Of a stretch of 30,668 nt of DNA, positions 17,378 through 26,982 are shown piece after piece. A program made the translations under genes and the position numbers. The notes beneath the pieces were generated by a model. It was not told the DNA's origin and did not search any database. It saw nothing but the letters and a program-made list of their open reading frames with translations. This DNA comes from Cyanobacteria bacterium P01_A01_bin.123. GTDB taxonomy: Bacteria; Cyanobacteriota; Cyanobacteriia; Phormidesmidales; Phormidesmidaceae. Within the stretch, counting starts at the first letter, position 1; every line of letters starts with the position of its first letter. The stretch covers positions 1 to 30,668 of the forward strand of contig JBCBZT010000071.1 in the NCBI GenBank assembly GCA_039815185.1. Reading direction: 5' to 3'.

Positions 17378-18553
17378 TCACAATTCAGGTACCTGAATGT
17401 GGTCAGTTGGTTTTGCATAAACCCGATCAATCATCTGGGCCGAGTTGCCCACCCATTTGGCGATTTGGATGCTGGGGATATCTGCCTCCCGGCACAGGCT
17501 GCAAAAAGTGTGCCGGGTCTGATAAGGATTGCGGTAGTCAATGTCAGGGAAAGAGGCCATTACCTTAGCCCAGGCTCGGTTAGTGAAGTTGTGCCAATCA
17601 ATGAATTTGGTTTCCCGACTGGGAAATACAAACGCTTCAACATCGGCTGAAGTTGGCTTAAGCGAATCTAGGAGTTCGGTCAATTGAGCGTTGACTGGAA
17701 ACCTTCTCATCTTTTGAGTTTTGAGTCCTTCCTTGAGAACTAGTCCTCTGCCGTCGTAGATCACTGCCTGTTTGAAGGTGATTACTTTGGATCCGATATG
17801 TTTCCATTGGAGGGCGATCGCCTCTGATGGTCTGCACCCTGTAAAAAACAAAAACTCCATTAGCGGAGCGTAGTAGCTGTAATAGCGGTTTGCTTTGAAA
17901 GCAGCAATAATGCGATCCCTCTCCTCGCGAGTGAAGGGGTTAATCTCTTCCTCCTCAGTGCCGGATTTTTTGACTTTGACATCGGCGGCCATGCCGTCAA
18001 AGGGGTTGGAGCCGATAATGTCTGATCGCTTGGCCCAGCGACAGCAGGCTCCCAAGTGCATCATCACCCGCTTCGCCGAATCAGCAGGCACGTGGGTTGT
18101 AAACCAGTCAAACACCGCTTGATGATCGGCAAGATGCTTGTGCGGGCATCTCTCTAGGTGATTCGCCACCCAGCCATACATTCTGATAGTCGAAGGCGAT
18201 TTGCCCGTCTTTCGAGCATCCACATACTGCTGCCAAAGCTCCGCCAATCTTGGCTGCACCTTAGGCTGGATATCAGGCTCAGACACCGCCAAAACCGATT
18301 CAGGCTTGTATTTGTCCAGGGTAGGGTCGAAGTAATCGCCTCCGTGAGCCAACTGCAACCGCATATCATCTTCGATTTGCCGGACTCTTCGCTCGGCTAC
18401 CCGCCAATTGACTTGGGTATCAGCGATACCCAAAGACATGGAGTATCGCTGACCATTAAAGCGGAAGCGCAGCCTCAACCGCCCTCGAAAGCTTTCGATA
18501 GATACATTGCCCTTCGGGTTTTTGCCGCTCGGAGTTTTATCACCGCTGAGCAT
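17378..18553 (-). CDS. Tyrosine recombinase/integrase with N-terminal arm-binding domain
   Basis: N-terminal GRLRLRFRFNGQRYSMSLG arm-binding region; catalytic motifs FFTGCRPSE, YQTRHT, VGNS, VYAK; lies ~175 bp from a tRNA 3' end. Confidence 0.93.
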   Translation of the reverse strand: MLSGDKTPSGKNPKGNVSIESFRGRLRLRFRFNGQRYSMSLGIADTQVNWRVAERRVRQIEDDMRLQLAHGGDYFDPTLDKYKPESVLAVSEPDIQPKVQPRLAELWQQYVDARKTGKSPSTIRMYGWVANHLERCPHKHLADHQAVFDWFTTHVPADSAKRVMMHLGACCRWAKRSDIIGSNPFDGMAADVKVKKSGTEEEEINPFTREERDRIIAAFKANRYYSYYAPLMEFLFFTGCRPSEAIALQWKHIGSKVITFKQAVIYDGRGLVLKEGLKTQKMRRFPVNAQLTELLDSLKPTSADVEAFVFPSRETKFIDWHNFTNRAWAKVMASFPDIDYRNPYQTRHTFCSLCREADIPSIQIAKWVGNSAQMIDRVYAKPTDHIQVPEL

Positions 18554-18580
18554 AATGACTTCCTAGAGTTCAAATGTATT

Positions 18581-18613
18581 GATACCCAGATGATACCCAA
18601 ACGATACCCAAAC
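18581..18613. repeat. Three tandem 11-bp direct repeats GATACCCA(G/A)A(T/C), putative integrase arm-binding sites
   Basis: GATACCCAGAT (18581), GATACCCAAAC (18592), GATACCCAAAC (18603), between the tRNA and the integrase start. Confidence 0.75.
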
Positions 18614-18647
18614 ATGGCTGAAAATGCCCAATCTTTTTAACATTCCA

Positions 18648-18679
18648 GGCCCAAGCGAGGCGATCACTTCGCTTGGGCC
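18648..18679. repeat. Inverted repeat (11-bp arms, 10-nt loop)
   Basis: GGCCCAAGCGA-N10-TCGCTTGGGCC. Confidence 0.6.
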
Positions 18680-18686
18680 AAAAGCG

Positions 18687-18720
18687 AAACCCCCTAGAAT
18701 CAAGGGATTCTAGGGGGTTT
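18687..18720 (-). terminator. Stem-loop just downstream of tRNA-Thr, likely terminator or processing hairpin
   Basis: Perfect 15-bp arms AAACCCCCTAGAATC-AAGG-GATTCTAGGGGGTTT, 7 nt after the tRNA 3' end. Confidence 0.75.
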
Positions 18721-18727
18721 GAGAATA

Positions 18728-18800
18728 AGCTGGTGACAAGACTCGAACTTGCGACCGGCTGATTACAAATCAGCTGCTCTACCAACTGAGCTACACCAGC
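18728..18800 (-). tRNA. trnT: tRNA-Thr(TGT)
   Basis: GCTGGTGTAGCTCAGTTGGTAGAGCAGCTGATTTGTAATCAGCCGGTCGCAAGTTCGAGTCTTGTCACCAGCT forms a cloverleaf; anticodon TGT, GTTCGA T-loop, CCA not encoded. Confidence 0.97.
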
Positions 18801-18861
18801 AGTTTAGCTCATCTAGTTTAGCAAAGGACGGCTGGATTCTCGCAACTATTCTGAGCAATCT

Positions 18862-19509
18862 CTACGCCTTACGGTTTTCGATCGCCCAGCGGGCTAACTC
18901 AGTACGGTTGTGGAGCCCAGTCTTGCCTAGCATGTTACTGACATGGCTTTCGATAGTGCGTTGGCTGACGCTGAGTTCTTCGGCAATTTCGCGGTTGGCC
19001 ATGCCTCGGGCAACAAACTGCACTACGCGCAGTTCGGTTGGCGTAAGTTCGACATCAAAGGGCACCTGAATGGTTGGCGTGGTATCGCTGCCAGCTGCTT
19101 GGCGACTGGCTAAACGCGCTGCTTGCTTCAAGGATGACTCAACTTGAGCAACCAGTTCTTCAGGTTCAAAGGGTTTGACCATATAAACATCGGCGCCGGT
19201 ATTGAGCCCTTTGACGCGGTCTTGACTTTGCCCCTTAGCGGAAAGAAAAAGGATGGGAATCCAGCTAGTTTCGGTATTCTCACGCACTTTCTGAACAAAC
19301 GAATACCCGTCCATTTCTGGCATCATCACGTCACAGATGATCATGTCCGGGGTTTGGCTTTCTAAGGTCGACAGAGCATCCTGACCATTCTCGGCGGTGA
19401 CAACTTTGAAACCACGAAATTCCAAATAGTCTTTAACCAACAAGATCAGATTCGGGTCATCATCAACCAACAGAAGCTGCCTTTGTTCTCCTGAGCTAGC
19501 GTCTTTCAT
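18862..19509 (-). CDS. ycf29: LuxR/NarL-family response regulator Rre1 (Ycf29)
   Basis: LLLVDDDPNLILLVKDYLEFRG receiver with CDVMMP and VKPF; LTPTE...GMANREIA...RTIESHVSNML HTH; matches conserved cyanobacterial Rre1. Confidence 0.88.
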   Translation of the reverse strand: MKDASSGEQRQLLLVDDDPNLILLVKDYLEFRGFKVVTAENGQDALSTLESQTPDMIICDVMMPEMDGYSFVQKVRENTETSWIPILFLSAKGQSQDRVKGLNTGADVYMVKPFEPEELVAQVESSLKQAARLASRQAAGSDTTPTIQVPFDVELTPTELRVVQFVARGMANREIAEELSVSQRTIESHVSNMLGKTGLHNRTELARWAIENRKA

Positions 19510-19947
19510 GCTGCGTCACTCAACCTCAAGGTGATCAATCGTGAATCGTTTATCAAAGTTACTTTATCTTATCGAGGTTATGACTAAAACAAAGCCGCAA
19601 GAGTTAAGGGCTGAGTCTTTGCCAATGGCTCAATGGCCTTATATATCCCAAACTGGTCTGAATATTAACCTAAAAAACCGGGGTCAACGAAAAGTTTTTT
19701 TCAGACCGCAATTCAACCCGTCTGGTTCCATAGCATGATGTGCCAACTATTCTGAGCTGCTCAACATTAACTTTGCTCCCAGGAAAGATTTCATCGCGCC
19801 AACAAAAATGAGTCAATTTCTCATCAAGGGTACCGCTATTCTTAAGTTGTAGCTGCATTGTTTACAAATGATAAGTGCTTTGCTTGTGAAACATTGCCCT
19901 TAGCATGGAGCCTGAGTAGGGATTGATAGCCCCGATCCCTTTAACTG

Positions 19948-20376
19948 TCAATCAATAGTGAGGGCCGGGAGAGGCTGCTGCAAAAAGGCATAAGTGTCTA
20001 CGATTTTGCCGCCGATTAGGTGTTGTTGAATGATTTGCTCAATCACATCGGGGGTCGCGCTGTGATACCACACCCCGTCAGGGTAAACGACTAAGATGGG
20101 GCCCTGCTGACAAACCCGCAGACAATTGGCTTTGGTGCGAAAAATATGAGGTGGGCGATCGCCCTCTGGAGCTTGTCTTTGACCATCACAGCCCAGTTCT
20201 TTGAGCCGCCGTTTAAGATAAGTCCAAGATTCTAGACCGAGGGCTTTATCACAGCATTTGGGCACGGTTTGATCGGCACAGAGAAACACGTGGCGTTCAA
20301 TCTGGTTCAATCCCAGGGCTTGCACGCAAGCCGTCAGGGACTCTCCACAGGAAATCGGATCTGCTGTTTCCGCCAT
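19948..20376 (-). CDS. Thioredoxin-like (2Fe-2S) ferredoxin
   Basis: [14 protein letters not shown]...[24 protein letters not shown]. Confidence 0.88.
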   Translation of the reverse strand: MAETADPISCGESLTACVQALGLNQIERHVFLCADQTVPKCCDKALGLESWTYLKRRLKELGCDGQRQAPEGDRPPHIFRTKANCLRVCQQGPILVVYPDGVWYHSATPDVIEQIIQQHLIGGKIVDTYAFLQQPLPALTID

Positions 20377-20461
20377 AGTGATTAAGCCACCAAGTGATTC
20401 GAAAATTGAGGGTCTGAGGAATCTGATATCTCAAAGAATTGGGTAAATTAAGCCAGGGGAA

Positions 20462-20950
20462 TCAAGATTCGGTGGGTAACTTATCGTCTGACTCAGTGGG
20501 CAGATCGGCTGCATCTGGATTCTTAGATTGTGTCGCAGCGGTTGATTCTTTGTGTTTAGAGCTTTTCGCGGCGCTAGCGGATGCGTCGACAACCTGGACA
20601 CTATCGGGGTTGGGGGCATCGGCTACGCTTAAGTCAGCCGTTTCCTCCGCTGGGATCGGTTCATCGGGCCCGACAGAAACGGCTCGGATGCGGCGAATAG
20701 GCAAGTTGGCAATTAGTGCGGTCATGCGATCGTCGGTTTCTAGGGCGAATTCAAGCCCATCATCGTCGATCTCAACGTAGCGAGACACCACTTCCAAAAT
20801 TTCGGCCCGCATTTTTTCTACTGTGGTTGGGTCAAGATCGGTGCGATCGTGGGCTAAGACAAATTGCAGCCGACGTTTCACCTCCGATCGACTGGTTGCA
20901 GCCGAATTGCGAGGAAAGAGTCGTTCGAGAAATTCACTAATCATGGACAT
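20462..20950 (-). CDS. minE: Cell division topological specificity factor MinE with long C-terminal tail
   Basis: [13 protein letters not shown]...[16 protein letters not shown]...LIANLPIRR; directly downstream of minD. Confidence 0.93.
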   Translation of the reverse strand: MSMISEFLERLFPRNSAATSRSEVKRRLQFVLAHDRTDLDPTTVEKMRAEILEVVSRYVEIDDDGLEFALETDDRMTALIANLPIRRIRAVSVGPDEPIPAEETADLSVADAPNPDSVQVVDASASAAKSSKHKESTAATQSKNPDAADLPTESDDKLPTES

Positions 20951-21004
20951 GGCTAGACCTGTGAGCCAACGCTAAGAGGAACTGAACACCACATTCTCAT
21001 AGGC

Positions 21005-21802
21005 CTACCCCCGAAAGATCCGACGAATGCGGGCAAACAAATCGTCATGGGGAGCCGACAAATCGAGAAAGGGAACTTTTTCGCCCTGAAGACGGCGAGC
21101 AATGTTAGAAAAAGCGAGTCCAGCAAGGGACATGCGTTGCTCTAGCACCAGCGGTTCCCCTCGGTTAGTGGACACAATCACCCGTTCGTCATCGGGCACA
21201 ACCCCCAACAACGAAATGGCTAAAATGTCCTGGACGTCTTGTACAGACATCATCAGATCGTTTTGCACCATTTTGGGCTTGAGTCGGTTGATGATCAGCT
21301 TAATGGTTTTGATGTCGTTGGCTTCGAGTAGGCCAATGATCCGGTCAGCATCACGGACGGCAGAGATCTCTGGTGTAGTCACGATGATGGCGGTGTTGGC
21401 GGGGGCGATCGCGTTTCTAAAACCCATCTCAATCCCGGCGGGGCAGTCGATCAAGATGTAATCGTAGTTTGGCTTCAGGGCCTTAACCAACTGCTGCATT
21501 TGTTCTGGGGTAATGGCTTCTTTAGAGCGATTTTGAGCTGCAGGGAGTAGCGCTAAATTAGGTTGACGTTTATCTTTAACCAAAGCCTGGTCAAGCCGAC
21601 ATTCTTTACCAAGCACATCCAAGGCGGTGTAGACAATGCGGTTTTCTAAACCCAGGAGCAAATCGAGGTTGCGCAGTCCAAAGTCAGCGTCAACGACGGC
21701 CACGCGCTGCCCAGACTGGGCTAGGGCCATCCCCAGGTTGGCGGTGCAGGTTGTCTTACCGACGCCTCCCTTACCGGAGGTCATCACAATCACACGAGTC
21801 AT
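21005..21802 (-). CDS. minD: Septum site-determining ATPase MinD
   Basis: SGKGGVGKTT, DADFGLRNLD, IDCPAGIE, C-terminal amphipathic helix. Confidence 0.97.
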   Translation of the reverse strand: MTRVIVMTSGKGGVGKTTCTANLGMALAQSGQRVAVVDADFGLRNLDLLLGLENRIVYTALDVLGKECRLDQALVKDKRQPNLALLPAAQNRSKEAITPEQMQQLVKALKPNYDYILIDCPAGIEMGFRNAIAPANTAIIVTTPEISAVRDADRIIGLLEANDIKTIKLIINRLKPKMVQNDLMMSVQDVQDILAISLLGVVPDDERVIVSTNRGEPLVLEQRMSLAGLAFSNIARRLQGEKVPFLDLSAPHDDLFARIRRIFRG

Positions 21803-21967
21803 GGGGTAACAGTTCTAAAGGGCGGTGAATAAAGTTGGCAATAAAACAAGACAATCAGTAAGGCAGATGACGTCGAAAGATTGGCGGATTAAACCTGATT
21901 CAAGTCCAGAAGTGTAGTGGGTTTGAGAAAAAATCGCCAGTTTCTAAGTTAGATTGGGCCGATTAAC

Positions 21968-22762
21968 TCAGGTTGAACTACGCTGGATTTTAGTAAATTC
22001 GGTGGCGATCGCGATCCGGATACCCCCACTGCTCACGTAGGCTACCTCTGGCTGATAGCGCGTTGGTGGCTTCTCTGGGGGACGGGCGAGTTTGTCGGCA
22101 ATCCGGAGCTGAGTCGGTTCCATATGCAGCGCCATAATTCGGCACTGGCTGTTGCCTTCTGATCCAGCATGGGCTACGCCGCGCAAACAACCCCAAACTA
22201 AAATATCGCCTTCAGCGATGATCGAGCTTCCAGGGTTGGCATCCCCCAAAATTACAATCGTCCCCGGATGGCGAATTTCAATCCCAGAACGCACCGTGGT
22301 TTGCAAGTAGAGCGGTTCGTCCAGTGCCTTACCCGGCTCTGTCATCGGTGACTGATTCAGGTGAGCCAATGCTGCCTGCTGTTCGACTGAATATCCTGCC
22401 GTGGCCGCAGCTACTGCCGTTTGCCGACGGCTGGTATACACCCGCTTGAGTTGCAGATCAGCGCCTTCTAACGCTTCTGCAAGGGATTGTAATTGCCGGG
22501 CATCCAACAGGCGATCGCGGGCAACCAAATGTACCACCGTCTGCGGCTGCCAAAAGCGATCGCTACTGCTGAGGCGTCGCTTCAGTTGCTGCCATAGCTC
22601 GCTCCAGTCTAAGGGATTACGACTGGTTTCTGGGTCAGGTGGGAGCAGCAGCAATAAGCGGCCCCCTTCACTTTTAAACCGCACCTGCAAATTAGGATTG
22701 CGCTCATTCCCATCAGGCGGTATCTCAGTCACAGGCGTTGACAAAGAAGAGTCAGAGTTCAT
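21968..22762 (-). CDS. minC: Septum site-determining protein MinC (ATG 22762 preferred; ORF extends to 22798)
   Basis: TVRSG...GDANPGSSIIAEGDILVWGCLRGVAHAG...PTQLRIA; first gene of minCDE. Confidence 0.93.
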   Translation of the reverse strand: MNSDSSLSTPVTEIPPDGNERNPNLQVRFKSEGGRLLLLLPPDPETSRNPLDWSELWQQLKRRLSSSDRFWQPQTVVHLVARDRLLDARQLQSLAEALEGADLQLKRVYTSRRQTAVAAATAGYSVEQQAALAHLNQSPMTEPGKALDEPLYLQTTVRSGIEIRHPGTIVILGDANPGSSIIAEGDILVWGCLRGVAHAGSEGNSQCRIMALHMEPTQLRIADKLARPPEKPPTRYQPEVAYVSSGGIRIAIATEFTKIQRSST

Positions 22763-22855
22763 GCCTTCATCGCAGACTACACTCAGGTTAGAACCCACAT
22801 ATTAGACCAGAATTGGGATTTTGGAACTGCCCCAAGACCACTCAGTCGTGAGCCC

Positions 22856-23881
22856 ATGGGAAACCCCACACCGCACCCCGCGCTTTGGAGCGATCTCCAC
22901 GCCAAAGTCCATCAAACGCTGCGATCGCGTCAAATTCTCCCACCCCATAGTCGCCTACTGATTGCTGTATCAGGGGGGCAAGATTCTCTATGTCTTTTGC
23001 GTCTGCTGCTCGATCTCCAACCCAAATGGCACTGGCACTTAATTGTTGCCCATTGCGATCATCGCTGGCCCAGTGATGTTGGCATTGTCGAGTTTGTCAC
23101 GCAGCAAACAACCCATTGGCAGTTACCCCTCATTTGCGTGAGTGCAGTCATCCCTCCGCAGGGTGAAGCAGGGGCTAGAGCCTGGCGCTACGAAGCCCTA
23201 AACGCGATCGCGATCGCCCAACAATGCCCCATCGTTGTCACAGGTCATACCGCTAGCGATCGCGCCGAAACCCTACTCTTCAATCTGGTGCGCGGCAGCG
23301 GCCTAGCTGGTCTGCAAGCCCTTCCCTGGCAGCGTCCTATGCCTTCTCCAACGAATTTACAGGAGGCAACTCAGCTTGTCCGCCCGTTGTTAAATTTGAC
23401 CCGCCAAATCACGGGCCAATTTTGCCAAGCGCGTCAAATTCCAGTTTGGCAAGATATCACTAACTCCGATCGCCGCTTTGCCCGTCCCCGACTGCGGCAA
23501 GATGTCATCCCTTACTTACGGCAGCACCTCAATCCCCAAGTGGAAACTACCCTAGCTCAGACTGCTGAAGTCCTCTCGGCTGAAGTGGACTACCTCGATC
23601 AAGTGGCTCAAGCCCTTTACGATCGCGCCGTAGTCTATGTTGATCAAAGCTGGAAGCTGCACCGTCCACCACTCAAATCAGCACACTTAGCCCTCCAACG
23701 GTGTGTTATTCGTCAGCTTTTAATCCGGCTGATGCCAACTCACCCGAGCTTTGACCATATAGAGAAGATTGTGGCTTTGATTAACGCGCCTAATCGCAGT
23801 CAGAGTGATCCGTTACCGGGGGGCGCGATCGCCCGAGTCGATCATGATTGGATCTATGTTCGTCCTTCCCACTTAGAATAA
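22856..23881 (+). CDS. tilS: tRNA(Ile)-lysidine synthetase
   Basis: PP-loop AVSGGQDS, HCDH, EAGARAWRY, TGHTASDRAET, RPLL. Confidence 0.95.
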   Translation: MGNPTPHPALWSDLHAKVHQTLRSRQILPPHSRLLIAVSGGQDSLCLLRLLLDLQPKWHWHLIVAHCDHRWPSDVGIVEFVTQQTTHWQLPLICVSAVIPPQGEAGARAWRYEALNAIAIAQQCPIVVTGHTASDRAETLLFNLVRGSGLAGLQALPWQRPMPSPTNLQEATQLVRPLLNLTRQITGQFCQARQIPVWQDITNSDRRFARPRLRQDVIPYLRQHLNPQVETTLAQTAEVLSAEVDYLDQVAQALYDRAVVYVDQSWKLHRPPLKSAHLALQRCVIRQLLIRLMPTHPSFDHIEKIVALINAPNRSQSDPLPGGAIARVDHDWIYVRPSHLE

Positions 23882-23980
23882 ATAGCCAAATTTGGTAAAT
23901 CTGGGATCTAAATCATCGTGGGGTTCCTAGGACAGTCGTTAACATAGGGAGTACAAGATGGTGTGACTGCATGATCCGAA

Positions 23981-24169
23981 ATGCCCACTGCTGCCCAACT
24001 GGCAAGTTTGTATCGTATCGGTTATCAACTTACCTTTATAATGCTGCAACCCATACATCTAATTTGCATTGATAAACGAACCCAAAACGTTTATGTCCTT
24101 GCTGGGTACGACGAAGAACTTGAGTTTCAAATTTTACCTGACGGAGCGTTATCTAATGAGCTGGACTAA
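23981..24169 (+). CDS. Small cyanobacterial protein, DUF6888-like
   Basis: MPT..Q...PIHL..ID.RT.NVYVLAG...EF.I.PDG pattern recalled for this family; overlaps the next gene by 14 nt. Confidence 0.6.
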   Translation: MPTAAQLASLYRIGYQLTFIMLQPIHLICIDKRTQNVYVLAGYDEELEFQILPDGALSNELD

Positions 24170-24368
24170 CTACGATGCAATGTCTGATGCTGAGTTGAAG
24201 CAGTACTTTCTCCAGCATCGTGGCGATCAAGCTGCGTTTCAAGCCTATTTAGACAGAATCAATCAACGCCCTCGCAGGGTTATTGCTAACCCCGACGATC
24301 CTGATTTTGACGATAAAGTACAAGCTGCAATTCGGCAACAGTTAGAAGCAGCCAGAGGAAAAAATTAA
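24156..24368 (+). CDS. Small cyanobacterial protein, DUF6887-like (ATG at 24156)
   Basis: NYDAMSDAELKQYFLQHRGDQAAFQAYLDR pattern; coupled to the upstream small ORF. Confidence 0.65.
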   Translation: MSWTNYDAMSDAELKQYFLQHRGDQAAFQAYLDRINQRPRRVIANPDDPDFDDKVQAAIRQQLEAARGKN

Positions 24369-24529
24369 TCCCCATAAATTTCCAGAGGAACGAAACCCAA
24401 CTCAGGAGGAAGGCTGTTAAAAGGTTTTGCAGTTATGAACTTTGCGGTTGTAACTCTTGTGGAAGCATCAGAAAAAATTCAAACAGCGATTGCCCTTTGG
24501 TTTAGGCCGATCCAAATCACCCTCCACAC

Positions 24530-24946
24530 TTAAGCCTGTTCTTTATTGGCTGAAAATCCCAACTCCAGTAGCGCCTTATATAGCCTCGCCTTCGGCGGTG
24601 GTTGCTGGGGTGGCGATAAGTCCATTTCTCGGGCTGCTTCAAACAGTTCTCGCACCAGGGTATCTAGCGTGTAAGGTTTTCCTTCTCGGGGCACTTTTTC
24701 AAATCGCCCCTCATAAGCCAGCGTATAGAGTTCCAGGTGATGTTTTCCCATCACTTTTGCCAGCTTCCGCAACGTTTCTGGCGTCGGGCAAGTGCCCTTA
24801 AAGCAAGCCCCCCGTAAGCGGGGCTGGGGTACCCCAGACAAATCCGCCAGCCGATTCATGCTGACGCCTTCGGTTTCGAGGTATTGCAAAATCATTCGCC
24901 CCAGAGGCGAGCAATCTTCAGGTTTGACTTGCAACCGTGGCGGCAT
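24530..24946 (-). CDS. XRE/Cro-like helix-turn-helix protein
   Basis: SMNRLADLSGVPQPRLRG...PTPETLRKLAKVMG HTH pattern. Confidence 0.7.
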   Translation of the reverse strand: MPPRLQVKPEDCSPLGRMILQYLETEGVSMNRLADLSGVPQPRLRGACFKGTCPTPETLRKLAKVMGKHHLELYTLAYEGRFEKVPREGKPYTLDTLVRELFEAAREMDLSPPQQPPPKARLYKALLELGFSANKEQA

Positions 24947-25026
24947 GGGTCAGTTCTGGGCAAGGTGGTAACAGCAAACAACTGGGAAACGCAGATCAGA
25001 CGTAACCCATCATGCCCTGATCATAC

Positions 25027-25701
25027 CTAGCTGTTTACACCCGCTTCTAGTGCTGCTGCTACGACGTAATGATTATTATCTTGGCGGAGTTTCGCCCGCA
25101 ACTGCTCTGCCACTGGATTGGTAGCTAACGATAGGGTCGTTGCTGCCCGCCAGCGATCGCGCCAATTCTCAGCTTCACTCAGATCTTTGAGCAACGCCAG
25201 CGCTTCTGATTCCGCCGGCCTATTCATCAATGGCCCCATCGCTAAAATGGCAGTCTCCTTAACCGTTTGGGCCTCGTCTTTGAGACCTTCTCGAACGACT
25301 GCTAGCAAAATGTCATCTTGATTAGCTTCCATCAAAATTGACAAAATTGTTTGTCGAGTCAGCCAACCCTCATGGCGAAAGAATAAATCCTTGAGCAGCG
25401 GTACCGAGGTATCGCCAAACTCAAAAATTGCGTTGGCTGCCTCTGCGAGCACGTTGTCGTCTTTCTCGGTCGTCAGCAACCTAGCCAGCGTTTGAAAAGC
25501 GTCATCCGTGAGATGGTTGCCCAACCCCATAACCGCCAAACGCCGCTGTTGAAAATCAATCTCCTGGCTTAATTGCTGTAGCACAGGCACCGCAATCTCT
25601 GACGGGACTTTTGCCAATTCATCTAGCGCCATTCGACTTTGATAAATTGACTCCGATCGCAGTTGTTTCGCCAACTGATTGAGCTGCTCTTGATCCATCA
25701 C
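25027..25701 (-). CDS. HEAT-repeat (PBS lyase/NblB-like) protein
   Basis: Repeated helical units RRLAVMGLG, VLAEAANAI, VKETAILAMG, DRWRAATTL. Confidence 0.8.
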   Translation of the reverse strand: MMDQEQLNQLAKQLRSESIYQSRMALDELAKVPSEIAVPVLQQLSQEIDFQQRRLAVMGLGNHLTDDAFQTLARLLTTEKDDNVLAEAANAIFEFGDTSVPLLKDLFFRHEGWLTRQTILSILMEANQDDILLAVVREGLKDEAQTVKETAILAMGPLMNRPAESEALALLKDLSEAENWRDRWRAATTLSLATNPVAEQLRAKLRQDNNHYVVAAALEAGVNS

Positions 25702-25731
25702 AAGTTTCCTCCCGAAGCCGACATCGCTGGT

Positions 25732-26436
25732 TTATTCCGTTGCCCCAGCTCGCATCAGTAGTTCTACTGCCCTAGCTGAGCGAAAAGAGTTGCGGGCCTC
25801 ACTCAATGCGGTTGCTCCCCAACGGTTTTGGGGTTGTACATCGGCACCGTGTGCGAGCAAAACGTCCATAGTCTCTAAATCTCCCCGCGCTGATGCCATC
25901 ATCAATGGCGTCCATCCGCCTTTGTTTTCAATATTGACCCGCGCACCTGCAGCAATCAGCGCTTTAACCGTGTAAGGATGACCATTTTCTGCAGCGAGAT
26001 ACAGTGCGGTATTGTCGATATGATTTCGGGCCTCAATGTCGGAGCCAAGCTTGATTAACCGTTGCACTAGGTCTGTCTGTCCCTGACGGGCCATCACCAT
26101 CAGTGCTGTTTCAGCATATTGATTGCGGTCATGGATGTTGGCCCCGTGGTCGAGTAAGACCGATACGATGTCCCGAGCATCGGCCTCGGCTGCAAACATC
26201 AACGGCGAATAGCCCGATGCGCTTTTGAGATTGACGTCTGCGCCGCGAGCCAACAGGGTCATCACAATATCGAGATAACCCTCAGCCGCAGCCCACATCA
26301 AGGCAGTATTGGTTTCACCCACTGGCGTCACGCCACCGGTAGCGTCAACGTCAATGCCTTGGTCTAAAAGTTGCATCACCCGCTCGCGATCGCCTTTGAT
26401 AATGCTGCGAATGAGTTCGATGTTTGCAGAAGGCAT
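25732..26436 (-). CDS. Ankyrin-repeat protein
   Basis: About six repeats: TALMWAA, SPLMFAA, TALMVMA, TALYLAA, TPLMMAS, each with GA(D/N)V-type ends. Confidence 0.93.
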   Translation of the reverse strand: MPSANIELIRSIIKGDRERVMQLLDQGIDVDATGGVTPVGETNTALMWAAAEGYLDIVMTLLARGADVNLKSASGYSPLMFAAEADARDIVSVLLDHGANIHDRNQYAETALMVMARQGQTDLVQRLIKLGSDIEARNHIDNTALYLAAENGHPYTVKALIAAGARVNIENKGGWTPLMMASARGDLETMDVLLAHGADVQPQNRWGATALSEARNSFRSARAVELLMRAGATE

Positions 26437-26444
26437 AGGATTAA

Positions 26445-26906
26445 TTAAGATTTCAGCGCCACTTTGAAGACAGCATCATTAGGTTTCTGGGCAATCACAG
26501 CCTCCCACTGCATCGCCTGCAAAAACGCCTCACCCGACTCTGTTTCCACCACATCAACCCCCCACTCACCGGGTTGCAAAGCATCCTTAGCAGTACTGGT
26601 TGCTGGCGTGGTTTTCAGCCCACCCAGCACCAAAATCTCAGGGCAAGCTGCAATGCCGGCAGTCGTTTGACGCATTTGCTTTAATGCTTTGGCGCAGAAC
26701 TCCCCCACCTGCTGGGGAGAGAACGTTTCAGCCGGAAATAAAATCTCTACGATCCAGTGGGGATGGTCAACTTGTCGGCAGTGAATATCCGTTTGGGAAC
26801 TTAACCCAGCCCGAAAAACTGCAAAGAAAGTTTCCCGTGATAAAGGTGCAACATCCTCAGACGAGACGGCAAAGTTATGAGAGAGGAGCAAACGCGTTGG
26901 GGACAT
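26445..26906 (-). CDS. DUF2656-like cyanobacterial protein (ATG at 26906)
   Basis: RLLLSHNF...HPHWIVE...LGGLKTTP...LQPGEWGVDVVET pattern recalled for DUF2656. Confidence 0.72.
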   Translation of the reverse strand: MSPTRLLLSHNFAVSSEDVAPLSRETFFAVFRAGLSSQTDIHCRQVDHPHWIVEILFPAETFSPQQVGEFCAKALKQMRQTTAGIAACPEILVLGGLKTTPATSTAKDALQPGEWGVDVVETESGEAFLQAMQWEAVIAQKPNDAVFKVALKS

Positions 26907-26982
26907 GGGTCGTCTCAAAAATCGGAAGGCAGCTTGATGACTGGAGGCATCGATGTATACACATCTTAACAAATGTTGAGGG

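Noticed and set aside
18581..18613. Tandem repeats as a CRISPR array
   Set aside because: 11-bp units with no spacers and no cas genes; no CRISPR array seen anywhere in the window.
18570..19069. ORFs 18570-18785 and 18749-19069
   Set aside because: They overlap the tRNA and the antisense strand of rre1.
19510..19947. 438-bp intergenic region upstream of rre1, with two short ORFs and a weak hairpin near 19918-19940
   Set aside because: No convincing sRNA structure, riboswitch or coding signal; probably promoter/UTR.
24069..24155. Longer start for the DUF6887-like ORF
   Set aside because: It would overlap half of the upstream gene; ATG 24156 fits the family start.
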